Shown in pieces: positions 30,657 through 39,128 of a DNA stretch of 49,101 nucleotides. How positions within the stretch are numbered: the first letter of the stretch is position 1; the number at the start of each line of letters is the position of its first letter. Position numbers and translations under genes: made by a program. The stretch covers positions 1 to 49,101 of the forward strand of contig JAWCKR010000009.1 of the NCBI GenBank assembly GCA_038851755.1, given 5' to 3'. Origin of the DNA: Candidatus Hadarchaeales archaeon. GTDB taxonomy: Archaea; Hadarchaeota; Hadarchaeia; Hadarchaeales; WYZ-LMO6. Below the pieces are notes generated by a model. The model did not search any database. It was not told where the DNA came from and saw only the letters and a list, made by a program, of their open reading frames with translations.

Positions 30657-31983
30657 GCTTATCACCCGCTTTCAGGGGTGGAAAGGGAGAGAGTTCCAGC
30701 AGGTCTCCGTCCCGGAGGGAAACGGAACCTGGGCTCGGGTCCCCGTTAAGGACCGCCCAGGAACTCCGTAGTCTCTTCCCGTTCACCCTGAGCCTGAGGT
30801 TCTTCCACTCCATCCTCCCGTTCTCCAGGAGGAAAGAATTTTCTATTTCCTCCCCCCTCCACCTCAGCACCATCCTCAGTTCCCCCAAGTTCAGGCAGTA
30901 AAGGTGCCCATCGGAGGAGCCCACGTAAAGATGGTCTTCCAGGGGCAGGGGGGTGGAGGTCACGGGTCCGCCCGTGGGGAAGTATCCCCTCAGGCTCCCG
31001 TTTTCCCTGTCCAGACAGTAAACCCTTCCGTCCCTGGACCCCACGTAAAGCTCTCTCCCACGGAAGGAGGGTGGGGAGACGAGGGACCCCTCCGTCATGT
31101 AGTACCACAGTTCCTCCCCATTTTCGGCGTTCAGGCAGTGGAGCACCCCCGCTTCGTCTCCCACATAAATCATGTTCTCCCACACAGAGGGAGAGTGTGA
31201 GGTGTTTCCCAAATACTGGTGCCACACTCTTTCCCCGCTCTTCGCGTCCAAGCAGTAGAAGTAGGGACCTACGGGCAGGTAGATTCTGCCGTTTTCCACG
31301 CTGAGGCCAGTGGTCAGGGGGAAGGGTGCGGGCAAGGACCAGAGCACCTTGCCATCCCCGGCTTGCAGGGCGTAGAGTCCATCCCAAGTTCCTACATAGA
31401 TGGTGTTCTCCCAAATCACTGGAGAGGAGTAAACGGGGGAGCCCAGGGATTGTTTCCAGACGGAGGTCCCCTCCTGAGCCGAGATAGCGTAGACTTCTCC
31501 GGTCTGGGGGGAGGAGAGAAAGATGAGGTTTTCCCGGACCGAGGGTGGATAGAGGAGGGAGCTCTCCGTTTGGAAGCTCCATCTCATTCTTCCGCTCTCC
31601 CTTTCCAGCGCGTACAGCTTCCCATCGTAGGACCCCACATAAACGGTGTTGTCCGACACCAAGGGAGAAGAGACCACGGCTCCCCCCGTCTTGAAGGACC
31701 AGAGGGATTTCCCGGAGGGGGAGAGGGCGTAGACCCTCCCGTCGGTGGAGCCGAAGTAGATCCTCTCCCCGTCGGTGGAGGGGGAGGAGCGGACTTCGCT
31801 GGAGGTCTTGAAGGACCAGAGGTTCTCCCCGGTGTGGACCAGGGAGAGGGACAGGCTCCCGTGGACCCTTGGGGCGGGTTCCCCTAGCACTCCAAAAGCG
31901 TAGGTGATTAGGAGCATCACCGCTACAGTTCCCAGGATGACTATTACAGCCCCAGCCGTCTCCGAGACCCCTCTTCGGTTCAC
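30589..31983 (-). CDS. Type IV pilin with an inserted eight-repeat PQQ-type beta-propeller
   Basis: RRG|VSETAGAVIVIL signal, eight W-x-F...SSP...YVGSxDGxLYxL repeats, then WKNLRLRVNG...LKAGDKL..AYAP. Confidence 0.82.
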   Translation of the reverse strand: MNRRGVSETAGAVIVILGTVAVMLLITYAFGVLGEPAPRVHGSLSLSLVHTGENLWSFKTSSEVRSSPSTDGERIYFGSTDGRVYALSPSGKSLWSFKTGGAVVSSPLVSDNTVYVGSYDGKLYALERESGRMRWSFQTESSLLYPPSVRENLIFLSSPQTGEVYAISAQEGTSVWKQSLGSPVYSSPVIWENTIYVGTWDGLYALQAGDGKVLWSLPAPFPLTTGLSVENGRIYLPVGPYFYCLDAKSGERVWHQYLGNTSHSPSVWENMIYVGDEAGVLHCLNAENGEELWYYMTEGSLVSPPSFRGRELYVGSRDGRVYCLDRENGSLRGYFPTGGPVTSTPLPLEDHLYVGSSDGHLYCLNLGELRMVLRWRGEEIENSFLLENGRMEWKNLRLRVNGKRLRSSWAVLNGDPSPGSVSLRDGDLLELSPFPPLKAGDKLTAAYAPADQLLGFWRIETLTS

Positions 31984-32067
31984 CTTACCACCATACCTCC
32001 TTCCGCCGGATAAAAAGAGGGTCCAGCCCTCCGGAAGCCTCATATTCCTCCCCTCCAAAGAAGAAAA

Positions 32068-32925
32068 GTGCCAGACAAGAAGAACACGGCCCTTTTGGTG
32101 GTTTTATTCGGGCTTCTAGCCCTCCACGTCTTTTTGGAGTGGAAGAAGGAACCGCTGAAGGTCTTTGAACTCACGGCCGAGAGGGTAATCATGAACGGGT
32201 GGAGGATGGAACCGGCTGAGTACGGAGGGTATCAGGTCACCAAGATAACGGCGGAGTCCTCCCTTCTCTTCGACCTCACCCTCTCCCCCCTTAGTACTTC
32301 CTCGCCCTATGCGGAGGTCAGGAGCCTCACCGTCTACGCCCGTTCGGTGGAGGGTGCGGCTGGAGGGGTGGAGGCAGGCTGGAAGGGAGGAAACGTCCCC
32401 CTTCGGGTGCTTGAACTCCTCCTGCCCCCAGAAAACGCCGAGATGGTCGGAGTGAGGATGGAAATCCTGGCGATGGAGGCTGAGGAAATGGTTCTCCCCT
32501 CCCTCCTAGTGGAGGCTCCCTCTCCCTCGAGTTACAGAACGGTCAACATGCCTTACGTGAGGATGAAGGGCTGGGAAATCAGGGGTCCAGAGGACTACAT
32601 GTCGCCCTCGGGAAGGAAAACCAAGGTAACCCTCATCTCGAGCCAGGAGCTGAGCGGGGAGATGTACTTGGGTTATGGAAACTGTGTGCTGGGGGGAAAG
32701 GTGGAGCAGAGGGGGGCGGAGATAAGGTCGATCGAAACGGCTGGCCAGGTGCTGGGTTTCGGGGCGACTTGGTTGGGAAGCCAATCACCGCCCAACTTGA
32801 AATCGCTGGCGGGGGATCCAGCCCTCATGAGTGAGGTGAGGTTGAAGTTCCTTTCCCTCCGGGCGGACAATACCGTGCTTGAGGAGGTGAGCATGAGGGT
32901 GCTGGGCATTTGGCCGGGGGGTTAG
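32068..32925 (+). CDS. Membrane-anchored hypothetical protein with two tandem beta-rich repeats
   Basis: One N-terminal TM segment. Internal duplication MNGW..VTKIT..AGWKG..MVGVRM versus MKGW..VTLIS..ATWLG..MSEVRL. Confidence 0.7.
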   Translation: MPDKKNTALLVVLFGLLALHVFLEWKKEPLKVFELTAERVIMNGWRMEPAEYGGYQVTKITAESSLLFDLTLSPLSTSSPYAEVRSLTVYARSVEGAAGGVEAGWKGGNVPLRVLELLLPPENAEMVGVRMEILAMEAEEMVLPSLLVEAPSPSSYRTVNMPYVRMKGWEIRGPEDYMSPSGRKTKVTLISSQELSGEMYLGYGNCVLGGKVEQRGAEIRSIETAGQVLGFGATWLGSQSPPNLKSLAGDPALMSEVRLKFLSLRADNTVLEEVSMRVLGIWPGG

Positions 32926-32946
32926 GGGTGGGAGGGTTGGCTCGTT

Positions 32947-33402
32947 TTACAGTTCCATGCCTTTCAGCAGTATTTCTCCGGTGTAAAGGCGCTCCGCTGA
33001 GAGTTCGGACCCCCTCACCATGAGTTCTCTGACTTCCACATTTTCTCCCCTTTCCAGCAGGAGGAGCAAGAAGGACCCCATCCCACGGTTCTCCAGCGTA
33101 GAGGGATTTACAGTCATCCTCACGTTCTTGGCGACCACCCTGTCGGCCTTTATGTGGGTTGTTCCCTCCATGAAGAATTTCTTGGCGGTCATTTCCGAGA
33201 GCTCGATTACCAGCTTACCCTCAAGGGGGGCAAGGGTGCCAGTGATGGTCATCTCCTCCGCCTTTACAACGAGGTTCTCTCCACCAGCTTCCATCACCAC
33301 GTTCTTCAGCCTGATTCCGCTGGAGGGAAAGAGGAGGGAGGCGCTCAGCCCGGTGAGGGCAAGCACCACCATGGCAGCCGCCAGCGGGAAGGTTCTTTCC
33401 AC
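32947..33402 (-). CDS. Membrane-anchored or secreted beta-rich hypothetical protein
   Basis: N-terminal hydrophobic segment followed by alternating beta-strand patterns (VVKAEEMTITG, IKADRVVAKNV, ELSAERL). Confidence 0.65.
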   Translation of the reverse strand: MERTFPLAAAMVVLALTGLSASLLFPSSGIRLKNVVMEAGGENLVVKAEEMTITGTLAPLEGKLVIELSEMTAKKFFMEGTTHIKADRVVAKNVRMTVNPSTLENRGMGSFLLLLLERGENVEVRELMVRGSELSAERLYTGEILLKGMEL

Positions 33403-33454
33403 CTTTAAAGCTGGTCCCTCCCCCCTTTAAAGCCGTCTTTCCGAGGGGGTAGAG
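33403..33454. promoter_or_regulatory. Symmetric bidirectional promoter
   Basis: Palindromic CTTTAAAG at 33425-33432 lies exactly 22 nt from both GTG 33402 (-) and ATG 33455 (+). A second copy sits at 33403-33410. Confidence 0.6.
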
Positions 33455-34492
33455 ATGGAAGAGGTGGTAATCGTGGGAGGGGGACCAGCGGGCCTGTCCG
33501 CCGCCCTCTCCCTGCTGGAGGAGGGGGTATCACCGCTGGTGCTGGAGAAGAGCGCCGAGTTCGGTCACAAGGCGTGCGGGGAGCTTATGGCGGAGAGGCT
33601 TTACGGGTTTGACGTGGGGGAGCTGGTGAGGGGGGCGGTGGAGAGGGTTCACGAGAGCCTCACCTTCAGGTTCCACGGCAAGGAGCTCCGCCTCTCGGGG
33701 GTGAGGGCCCCAGGATGGCGCAGTGAGTTCAGGTTCCTCTTCATCAACAGGAGGGAGTGGGAAAGGCTGCTGGCCAAGAAGGTGGTGAGGGGTGGGGGGG
33801 AAATCAGGAGGGAGGAACTCCACTCCTTGGAGCGTGAAGAGGGAGGCCTGAGGCTGAACAGGGGGCTGAGGGCCAGGTTCCTGATAGGGGCGGATGGAGC
33901 CCTTTCGCTGGCAAGACGCTTCGTGGGAGGGAGGGTGAGGTACTTCGGGTTCGCGGTGGGGAAGAGGGTGGAGAGGGGTAAGGTGAGCGAGGTGGAGCCT
34001 ACCCTTATCGTGGATCCCTTCCTGACTCCTTTCGGTTACGCGTGGGTCTTTCCAGGGAAAAGGGAGGCCAACGTGGGGGCGGGTGAATGGTATAGAGGGG
34101 GCAGGGAGGGATGGGAAGCATGGAAGAGGTTCTCCAGGGCACTGGGGGTGGGGGAGGGGGGTGCCAGGGGGGCTTTCATCCCCCTCTCCCTCTCCACGCG
34201 CACCTGGACGAGGAGGGTCCTGCTCGTGGGGGATGCTGGAGGTTTCGCCGACCCCCTCACCGGAGGAGGGCTTAACGCCGCCCTCTTCACGGGCTGGCTG
34301 GGGGGGAAGGTCTGCGCGGGGGCCCTGAGGAGGGGGGAGGAGAGACTGGAGGAGTACGAAAGGGGCTGGAGAAGCATGTTGTATCTCAGGCATCTCCGGT
34401 CCTCCCTCATGGCCCACCTCTTCTACCGCCTCCTTCTCCGGTGGAAGAGGGTGACACCCTTCCTCGCAAGACCTTTCCTCCTAGCAGGGTAG
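33455..34492 (+). CDS. Geranylgeranyl reductase-family FAD oxidoreductase (copy 1)
   Basis: VGGGPAG, KACGE, IGADG, PFGYAWVFP and VGDAGGFADPLTGGG. Confidence 0.88.
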   Translation: MEEVVIVGGGPAGLSAALSLLEEGVSPLVLEKSAEFGHKACGELMAERLYGFDVGELVRGAVERVHESLTFRFHGKELRLSGVRAPGWRSEFRFLFINRREWERLLAKKVVRGGGEIRREELHSLEREEGGLRLNRGLRARFLIGADGALSLARRFVGGRVRYFGFAVGKRVERGKVSEVEPTLIVDPFLTPFGYAWVFPGKREANVGAGEWYRGGREGWEAWKRFSRALGVGEGGARGAFIPLSLSTRTWTRRVLLVGDAGGFADPLTGGGLNAALFTGWLGGKVCAGALRRGEERLEEYERGWRSMLYLRHLRSSLMAHLFYRLLLRWKRVTPFLARPFLLAG

Positions 34493-34525
34493 TCCCACTT
34501 TTCTATGGGGAGGAAGCAGCAAGGC

Positions 34526-35353
34526 TCAGAAGAGTCCGAGGAGTCCGAGCAGGGCGTAGGCGCCCAGGTGATACGTGCTCAAAGAGAGCTCCATGGGTTT
34601 CATCCTTCTCCAGAGGGGATCTTCTCCAAGGTGGAAGCCCCTTCTGGCTATCCTCCTCAGCCCCTCCCCTTTCAGGAGGGAGAAGACGGTGGTAATAAGG
34701 AAAAAAGGGCTGAGGGGCAGGAGGATGAGGGAGAGGATGGAGAGGGTAGGTGAGAGCCAGAGGGCGAGCCCCTCCACCCTTTTCCCCACCTCCTTCTTCC
34801 TGAGGAGGAGACCCAGCATCTCGTCCTGACAGGCGGCGAGGAAGACCAGGGAGAGGAAGAGGAGGTGGCTGATGGAAAGGGGACTGAGGAGAAGGTGTGC
34901 TTGTGCCGCGGTTAGGGTATACCCTGCAGGGAGAAGGAGGTAACCGAGTCCAGAGAACCTGTTTCTCATCCTGAGAGGGGGCAGGGAGTGCGTGGTCAGG
35001 ATGAGGAAGAAGAGGAAGAGAAGGAGGGAAGAAGGAAGGGGAAAGAGGGGGAGGAGGACGAGAGAGGAAAGGGGGAGGAGGACGAGCAGGATGGCCTTCC
35101 CCCTTCCCCTTCTACCCACTACCTCCCCCACGTAGTTGGTCTCACCCTCCAGCACGAAGTCGAAGTAGTCGTTGAGGGAGAAACCGTACATGAAGATCCC
35201 TCCCAGCGTGAGGAAGTTGAGAAGGACGAGAGGGGGATTCAGACGGTGGGAGAGGGCGTAGCCCAGGAGGGTATAACCTGAGAGTTTAATCCAGCTTCCC
35301 TTTCCCCTCCACGGCAGAAGGCGGTAAAATTTAAGCGGCTCAAGCGAAGACAT
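34526..35353 (-). CDS. UbiA-superfamily prenyltransferase, divergent subfamily copy 1
   Basis: FYRLLPW, FSLNDYFDFVLEGETNY and HSLPPLRMR, with many TM segments; start re-called at MSSLEPL. Confidence 0.78.
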   Translation of the reverse strand: MSSLEPLKFYRLLPWRGKGSWIKLSGYTLLGYALSHRLNPPLVLLNFLTLGGIFMYGFSLNDYFDFVLEGETNYVGEVVGRRGRGKAILLVLLPLSSLVLLPLFPLPSSLLLFLFFLILTTHSLPPLRMRNRFSGLGYLLLPAGYTLTAAQAHLLLSPLSISHLLFLSLVFLAACQDEMLGLLLRKKEVGKRVEGLALWLSPTLSILSLILLPLSPFFLITTVFSLLKGEGLRRIARRGFHLGEDPLWRRMKPMELSLSTYHLGAYALLGLLGLF

Positions 35354-35467
35354 TTTCGTCTCCTGCTTCAGGTCTCTCACAGCGAGCCTCCTTTTGTTGT
35401 GTGGTGCAAGCTTCCTACATCCAAAGAGGGTGGAAGGAGTTTTGTAGTTGAGCCCCCATGGAAGAGG

Positions 35468-36574
35468 ATGGAACCCCTTCACCTTCTGCTGGCTTTTCTT
35501 CTCCTTATCCCCCTGCCTTTCTTCCTTTACTCGGAGTGGATGCGCAGGCTCCTTGAAAAGCCCTGGAAGCCCCCAGGCGCTCCCCCTCGCTGGCCGTCCG
35601 TTTCCCTCCTGATACCTACCCACAACGAGGCCGGGGTGATAGGGGAGAAGCTCAGGAACCTCGCGGGGCTCAGGTACCGTGGAAAGCTGGAGATCATCCT
35701 GGTGGACAGCGGTTCCACAGACGGAACCTTGGAAGTGGTGAGGAGAACCCTGAAAAGGGGTTTCCCCTTCAGGGTCCGTCTGGTGGAGGAAAAAAGGAAA
35801 GGAGGGAAAGCCAGGGCCCTCAACCTAGGACTCCGGTTGGTCTCGGGGGAGGTGATTGCCACCTCCGACGCGGACGCCCTCTGGAATCCTGAGACGGTGG
35901 AGAGGGCCGTTTCCTACCTCTCCCAGCCGGAAGTGGGCGCGGTCACGGGGAGGGAGGTCTACCTTAACGCAGGAGAGAGCCTCTGGACGAGGGCGGAGGG
36001 AGGTTACAGGAGGTGGTATGAGAGGATGAGGATGGGGGAGTCCAGGCTTCACTCCTCCCTGAGCTTTCAGGGCGCGCTGGCCTTCTACCGGAGGGAACTC
36101 TTCAGGAGGTTCGAGGAGGAGGAGGCCTCCGACGACACCGGAACCGCGCTGGAGATATGTGGGAAAGGGTACAGATGTCTGATGGTCCCGGATCTTGTGT
36201 TCAGGGACACCGCCCCCTCCACCCTGAGGGCCTTTGTGAGGGTGAAGGTGAGGAGGGGGCTCCACATGTTGCTGGGGCTTAGGAAAGCCGTTGTGATGAA
36301 GAGAGAAGGGAGGCTTCCCCTCCCCTGGCCCGTCATCTTGTTCAATCTCTACCTCCATTTCATGGTTCCTTTTCTCTTCCTTCTTTGGGTCCTTCTTTTC
36401 CTCTTCTCCCTCCCCTCCTCCCTTCTCCTCCTTTTGCCCCCATCACTTTTCCTGTTGAAGAGAAGGACGAGGGCCTTGCTGGCGGGGTTCTTGGTTTCCA
36501 CCCTCTGCATGGTGGTGGCTTTCTTCCTCTTCCTGAAGGGTGAGAAGATGACTAACTGGAGGAAGTGGAGGTAA
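35468..36574 (+). CDS. Membrane-bound GT2 glycosyltransferase
   Basis: N-terminal TM, SLLIPTHNE, VDSGSTDGT, GKARALN, TSDAD, SDD and C-terminal TM segments. Confidence 0.9.
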   Translation: MEPLHLLLAFLLLIPLPFFLYSEWMRRLLEKPWKPPGAPPRWPSVSLLIPTHNEAGVIGEKLRNLAGLRYRGKLEIILVDSGSTDGTLEVVRRTLKRGFPFRVRLVEEKRKGGKARALNLGLRLVSGEVIATSDADALWNPETVERAVSYLSQPEVGAVTGREVYLNAGESLWTRAEGGYRRWYERMRMGESRLHSSLSFQGALAFYRRELFRRFEEEEASDDTGTALEICGKGYRCLMVPDLVFRDTAPSTLRAFVRVKVRRGLHMLLGLRKAVVMKREGRLPLPWPVILFNLYLHFMVPFLFLLWVLLFLFSLPSSLLLLLPPSLFLLKRRTRALLAGFLVSTLCMVVAFFLFLKGEKMTNWRKWR

Positions 36575-36578
36575 CAGG

Positions 36579-37268
36579 ATGGGGCCCAGTTCCCTCCCGG
36601 GGGAACCTTTCCCCTCGATTTTCGTCCCTCTCTACTATCTTGAGGCAGTTTTCAGGAGGGGGAGCTACCGAACCCTAGCGTCGGAGATAACCTCACGGTT
36701 GAGCAGAGGGAGAATTCTCGATGTGGGGACTGGTCTAGGTCTCTTGCCCTTGGAGCTCGCCCTGAGGTCCCCCTGGTTGGAGGTGGTGGGAGTGGATCCT
36801 TCTCCAGGCATGATAGCCTTGGCGAGGCGCTTGTGCAGGGAGGCGGAGGGCAGGGTGGACTTCATAGTGGGGGGGGTGTACCGTCTCCCCTTTCCATCCC
36901 CCTCCTTTGACATGGTGGTGAGTGTAGGCGTGTTGCATCATCTGCTGGACCTCCCGAAGGCGCTGGCGGAGATCCTGAGGGTTCTCAAGCCTGGAGGGGA
37001 GGCCTGGCTTTATGAGGTGGTAATGGACGCAGAATGGGTTGAGGTTAGGAGAACCTTCAGAGAAATGAAGATCTCCCCTTTTCCAGCCCTTCTCCTCTTT
37101 TCCATCCACAGGCTCTTGTCTCGGGTGGCGGGAGGACGCAGGATCATAGGTATGAGGGAGGAGGATGTGGGACGCTTGGAGGATGCACTGAAGGTGACTG
37201 AACTCAGCTGGGGAATGGAGCGGAGGGGCTCCCTCCTCAAGGTAGTGCTGGAGAAGGATGGGAGATGA
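36579..37268 (+). CDS. Class I SAM-dependent methyltransferase (UbiE-like)
   Basis: ILDVGTGLG, GVDPSPGM, LPFPSPSFD and EILRVLKPGG. Confidence 0.9.
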   Translation: MGPSSLPGEPFPSIFVPLYYLEAVFRRGSYRTLASEITSRLSRGRILDVGTGLGLLPLELALRSPWLEVVGVDPSPGMIALARRLCREAEGRVDFIVGGVYRLPFPSPSFDMVVSVGVLHHLLDLPKALAEILRVLKPGGEAWLYEVVMDAEWVEVRRTFREMKISPFPALLLFSIHRLLSRVAGGRRIIGMREEDVGRLEDALKVTELSWGMERRGSLLKVVLEKDGR

Positions 37269-38068
37269 TTGATTTCCTCAGGTTCTACAGGGTGAGGGGG
37301 TGGGGAAGGAAGCTCCCTTTCATTCGCTTTCTGGGCTATCCCCTGCTGGGGATGGCCGTGGGCCCGAAGGAAGGCTTTCCCTCCTTCCCCTTCCTCCTCT
37401 ACTTGGTGGATGGTCTGGCGGTGTCGGGTATTCTGGCGTTCTCCTATGCTCTCAACGACTACTTCGATTTCGTGCTCGAGGGGGACGTCAACTACGTAGG
37501 GGAGTGCATTAGGGTGGGGAGACTCACTCCACGCCAAGTCCTTCTCTTGCTTCTAGTCCCTCTCCTCTTCTTTCTCCCCTCTTTCCTGTTGCCTCGCCCC
37601 TCTTTCCTTCTCCTTTCCCTCTTTCTCTGTCTTTCCTTGCTCTATTCACTTCCGAAGCTGAGGATGAACCGTCGGGTCAAGATGAAGTTTTTCCTTTCTC
37701 CCCTCTCGGCTTTTCTTTTGACTCTCCAAGCCCTCCTCCTTTCTGGCGCTCCCTCCGCCCCGTCTTTGGGCCTGTTGCTGTTGGTTTTCCTTTTTCATTA
37801 TTACGTTAACTCTTTCCATCACCTAGAAGAGGGAGGGGGATGGGAGGGCTTCCTAAGGCTCTTTCCTCTCCTCTCCTTTCTCCTTTCCCTCCCCCTTTCC
37901 CTCTTCCTGAACTCCTTCTTTCTTTTGTCATCGTTTTTTTCCCTTCTCAGGCTGGGGTGGGTGGGGGGGAAGGACTTTTTTGCCCTCAGGTCTAGGCCCT
38001 TCGGTCCACCCCTCTTCTCGGAGGAGTTCGTGGGTTACGTCCTCTTGGGTATGATGGGGGTGCTGTAG
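37265..38068 (+). CDS. UbiA-superfamily prenyltransferase, divergent subfamily copy 2
   Basis: FYRVRGW, YALNDYFDFVLEGDVNY and LYSLPKLRM; ATGA overlap with the methyltransferase. Confidence 0.78.
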   Translation: MIDFLRFYRVRGWGRKLPFIRFLGYPLLGMAVGPKEGFPSFPFLLYLVDGLAVSGILAFSYALNDYFDFVLEGDVNYVGECIRVGRLTPRQVLLLLLVPLLFFLPSFLLPRPSFLLLSLFLCLSLLYSLPKLRMNRRVKMKFFLSPLSAFLLTLQALLLSGAPSAPSLGLLLLVFLFHYYVNSFHHLEEGGGWEGFLRLFPLLSFLLSLPLSLFLNSFFLLSSFFSLLRLGWVGGKDFFALRSRPFGPPLFSEEFVGYVLLGMMGVL

Positions 38069-39124
38069 GTGGAAGAGGTGGTGATAGTGGGTGGGGGACC
38101 GGCAGGACTCATGGCGGCGAGGACGCTGGCCGAGGAGGGAATCTCTCCTCTGGTGCTGGAGAGGAGCAGTGGCTTCGGCCTGAAGGTTTGCTCGGAAGTG
38201 ATGAGAGAGATAAGGTACGGCTTTCCCATCCTCCCCCTCCTGGGTCGCGGAGTGGTGGAGCGGGAGTTCGAGGAGGTGGAGCTGGTCTTTCATGGAAGGA
38301 CCTTCCGCATACCTTTCGCGGAGTCCCATCCGCTGCGGAGGTGGGTCAGGGCCTCCTCACCCCTCCTGCTGGTGAACAGGGAGAAAATGGAGAGGAGTCT
38401 GGCCAGGAGGGCCTCGTCCTACGGAGCGGTGATTCAGTTGGGGAAGGAGGTCAGGAGAATGGAGAGGGTGGAGGGGGGCTTGCTTTTGAACGGGGAGATA
38501 GGAACCAGGCTAGTGATAGGGGCGGACGGGGCCCTTTCCCTTGTGAGGAGGTTCGCGGGAGAGAGGTTGAGGAATCTGGGATACGGAATCAACCTCAGGA
38601 TGAGGAGAAGGGGGGAGGAGGGGCTGAGGGTTTTTGTTAGTCCTGAGGTAATCCCGCTGGGGGATGCTTGGAGGTTTGCTGGGGGGAGGAGGGAGAACGT
38701 GGGGATCTGGACGGCTGAGAGTAGGTACGCCGAGAAGGTGGAGGAGAGGTGGGAAGCTTTCAGGAAGAGGGAAGACCTCCCCTCTTTAGGGATACGGTTG
38801 ACCCCTCTCCCCTCTTCTCCCCCCTGCCGCACCTCCTTTCCCCACCTGCTGCTGGCGGGGGACGCTGGAGGACTGAACGATCCCTTCACCGGAGCAGGCA
38901 TCTACTCGGCCCTCCTCACGGGTTACCTGGCAGGGTCGGTGGCGGCGGAGGCCGTGGAGAGGAAGAGCTTCGGAGCATCCTTTCTTAGGAGGTACGAGGA
39001 ACTCTGGAGAGGACTCATGGGGAGGGAAATAAGGAAGTCCCTTCTCCTCAAGCGCATACATCCCTTCCTGATGCGGAAAGAGCTTGCCAGGTTTCTCCCG
39101 GTGATGGGGGCGAGTCCGGGGTGA
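38069..39124 (+). CDS. Geranylgeranyl reductase-family FAD oxidoreductase (copy 2, altered YxWxFP motif)
   Basis: VGGGPAG, KVCSE, IGADG, PLGDAWRFA and AGDAGGLNDPFTGAGI. Confidence 0.86.
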   Translation: MEEVVIVGGGPAGLMAARTLAEEGISPLVLERSSGFGLKVCSEVMREIRYGFPILPLLGRGVVEREFEEVELVFHGRTFRIPFAESHPLRRWVRASSPLLLVNREKMERSLARRASSYGAVIQLGKEVRRMERVEGGLLLNGEIGTRLVIGADGALSLVRRFAGERLRNLGYGINLRMRRRGEEGLRVFVSPEVIPLGDAWRFAGGRRENVGIWTAESRYAEKVEERWEAFRKREDLPSLGIRLTPLPSSPPCRTSFPHLLLAGDAGGLNDPFTGAGIYSALLTGYLAGSVAAEAVERKSFGASFLRRYEELWRGLMGREIRKSLLLKRIHPFLMRKELARFLPVMGASPG

Positions 39125-39128
39125 GGAT

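Noticed and set aside
30883-31830. Propeller repeats as a PQQ-dependent dehydrogenase or a CRISPR-like array
   Set aside because: The repeats are degenerate, protein-level and in frame. No dehydrogenase catalytic features or identical DNA repeats with spacers were seen.
37530-37960. Very long pyrimidine-rich tracts (also about 36350-36460, and purine mirror images at about 34990-35100, 45540-45640 and 47140-47220)
   Set aside because: They encode Leu/Phe/Ser/Pro transmembrane helices with CTC/TTC/TCC codons. They are not tandem repeats or a separate element.
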